Origin: a virus
Lineage: Duplodnaviria > Caudoviricetes
Strand: one strand, 5' to 3'
Length of the DNA stretch: 25,213 nt
Virus record (IMG/VR): IMGVR_UViG_3300017908_000287
Location: 1 to 25,213 of that record
Positions within the stretch are counted from its first letter, which is position 1, and each line of letters opens with the position of its first letter. Under the pieces are notes generated by a model that saw nothing but the letters and a program-made list of their open reading frames with translations, ran no database searches and had not been told where the DNA came from. Shown piece after piece: positions 23,310-25,213 of this stretch. A program made the translations under genes and the position numbers.

Positions 23310-25213
23310 ATGCAACAGGGAGCACTATTTGATTCCGGTATTTTAGGTACAAGTTTTCACTGGTGGATTGGGCAGATCGCTGACGATTCTACCTGGAGAG
23401 AAAACATATCTAGTAAACCTACGGAATCACCCTATGAAAATAAAGGTTGGGGTAGAAGATATCGAGTAAGAATACTTGGTCTTCATGATCAAGGTGAAAA
23501 TGAAATTCCATCCGATAAACTTCCCTGGGCACAGATTATGTATCCGGTGACTGCCGGTAGTAGCAATACTAATAGTTTGCAATCACCAAATCTTCGTCAG
23601 GGAAATATGGTATTTGGGTTCTTCCTTGATGGTCAGGAGATGAGAATCCCTGTTATTATGGGAGTATTAGGGAATAATGCTCAGACAAATGGTGCTACAA
23701 CGATTGGAGACAATCGTGTTACTAATGATCAACCAGGATCTCTTGCGGTTTCTGGATACGCGACAGGAGCGAAACCTAAGGATCCTGCTACAGGAGAAAA
23801 AGAAACACCACCCGATAGTGATTTATCCGCCGTAAGACCCGGAGCACCGCCAGAAAGTGCTCCTATTCCACCGAATGTTAAACTGAATAAGTATGGATTA
23901 AGACCAGATTTAACTCCCACCAGGGCACAATTTGCGGACGCTCAAGCAGCAAGACAAGAGGCAGCAAGAAAAGGTCTTTCCTTTGTAGAGACTGAAGATC
24001 TTGTAATGAAGAGAGTTGCTAAAGGAATAAAGGATAGAAAAAACGAGCACGAGAGTCCTACAACACCACCATCAGCACCAGCATATAGAGAGAGTCCTGA
24101 TGTTCAGCAAATCACTGCCGCTGATGTAAAAAGAGACGAAGAATATAAGAAAAAAACTGCCCTCGCAAAACCAGATGATCTTATTCAATCTGCAATTAAA
24201 TCAATACAAATAGTCATCGATAATTTAACGGAAAGCATAGATAAACTTCTGCATAGTATTCAAAGTTATACTGATGCAGTTTCTGATTTAGCAACCCCAC
24301 TAGAAGACATAATGCATAAAGGAGCATGTGAGCTGACAAAATATATGAAAGTTATATTTGATAAGGTGATGGAGTTTATATTAAAACAACTAAATGTTGT
24401 AATGTCAGAAGTTATATCAGCACTACCAACAAGTCTTAGAAATAACTTTGGAGATTTAAAAGAAATTATTACCCAACAGATAACTGGAATGTATAATCAA
24501 ATGACTGGTGGATTATGTGAACAAATTAAAGGAGTTCTTTCCGAATCTCTTAATTCAAATTTTAAGAATGATGAGAGAGCTCCCGCAACTGTATCTGATT
24601 TAGTAGAGGATGCAAGAAAATTAGCAAATAATAATCCTCAGGGTTTCAAAAAATTTAGAACAAAACCAAAAGTTTCGGTATGTCAGGCAGAGACACTTAC
24701 AGCAACACTCTTAGCAAAAAATAAAAAGGAAATCGATAAAGCAAATACAAACGTAATTAGAAATGTTAATTCCTACATTGATGGACTTCAAAGTCAAATG
24801 GGTTCTATAAGTGGATTAATTTCTTCTGGTAGTGATGCTATCAGTGGGGGTATAGGTGCATTTTCTGCTGCTGGTGATTTTATGGATACTGCCTCTCAAG
24901 TTTCTAATGGAATGGATGGAGTATTAAATATGATTCCGGACATTAGTTCAGGACTTAGTGGTGCGTTAGACTTTAAAAATATAATCTATAGTATTTTCCC
25001 TGGTGAATTGGAACCAAAGAAAGCTCTGTCTGATTTTTATCAATTAGCAACTGGTGGTTCCGGCACTGGTGATAAAGAAACTCCATCTGTACCAGCTATT
25101 GGAGAATATATAAAAAGAGATTCTATCTCTGGGGTCGAAAATCGCAAGACTGATAGAGAGTTCTTTGGTCAAGTAGAGTCTGTTCCAGATTTTGCACAAC
25201 CTACTACGAGCAC
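23310..25213 (+). CDS. gp5: Baseplate hub/spike protein gp5, N-terminal part, 3'-truncated and not in the ORF track
   Basis: Hand translation gives MQQGALFDSGILGTSFHWWIGQIADD...GRRYRVRILGLH...LPWAQ...GNMVFGFFLDG...PVIMGVLG (gp5 OB-fold). The same frame is open at the window end. Confidence 0.9.
   Translation, partial: MQQGALFDSGILGTSFHWWIGQIADDSTWRENISSKPTESPYENKGWGRRYRVRILGLHDQGENEIPSDKLPWAQIMYPVTAGSSNTNSLQSPNLRQGNMVFGFFLDGQEMRIPVIMGVLGNNAQTNGATTIGDNRVTNDQPGSLAVSGYATGAKPKDPATGEKETPPDSDLSAVRPGAPPESAPIPPNVKLNKYGLRPDLTPTRAQFADAQAARQEAARKGLSFVETEDLVMKRVAKGIKDRKNEHESPTTPPSAPAYRESPDVQQITAADVKRDEEYKKKTALAKPDDLIQSAIKSIQIVIDNLTESIDKLLHSIQSYTDAVSDLATPLEDIMHKGACELTKYMKVIFDKVMEFILKQLNVVMSEVISALPTSLRNNFGDLKEIITQQITGMYNQMTGGLCEQIKGVLSESLNSNFKNDERAPATVSDLVEDARKLANNNPQGFKKFRTKPKVSVCQAETLTATLLAKNKKEIDKANTNVIRNVNSYIDGLQSQMGSISGLISSGSDAISGGIGAFSAAGDFMDTASQVSNGMDGVLNMIPDISSGLSGALDFKNIIYSIFPGELEPKKALSDFYQLATGGSGTGDKETPSVPAIGEYIKRDSISGVENRKTDREFFGQVESVPDFAQPTTS

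Overview
This is a 25-kb fragment of a T4-like marine cyanomyovirus (Synechococcus/Prochlorococcus-type phage). Left part (+ strand): the 3' part of psbD, small hypothetical ORFs, a DoxX-type membrane protein, talC, glutaredoxin, further conserved hypotheticals, thyX, phoH, an exonuclease, gp33, gp59 and gp32. Middle: a minus-strand block of gp53, gp48, a gp2-like gene and gp4. Right part (+ strand): a baseplate/tail block of a gp54/gp19-like gene, gp26, gp51, two 864-aa paralogues carrying different cell-wall hydrolase domains, a hub-like protein, cp12, and gp5 running off the end. The most interesting region is the gap in the ORF track at about 6330-7020. It holds a self-contained transcription unit: an NtcA-type GTA-N8-TAC palindrome, a near-consensus sigma70 promoter, a duplicated or nested glnA-type (glutamine riboswitch-like) RNA, three unannotated small ORFs (two with YRG/DUF4278-like motifs, one transmembrane peptide), and an intrinsic terminator. 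This looks like a phage-borne nitrogen-sensing module. All family assignments come from motif recognition by eye; no database searches were run.
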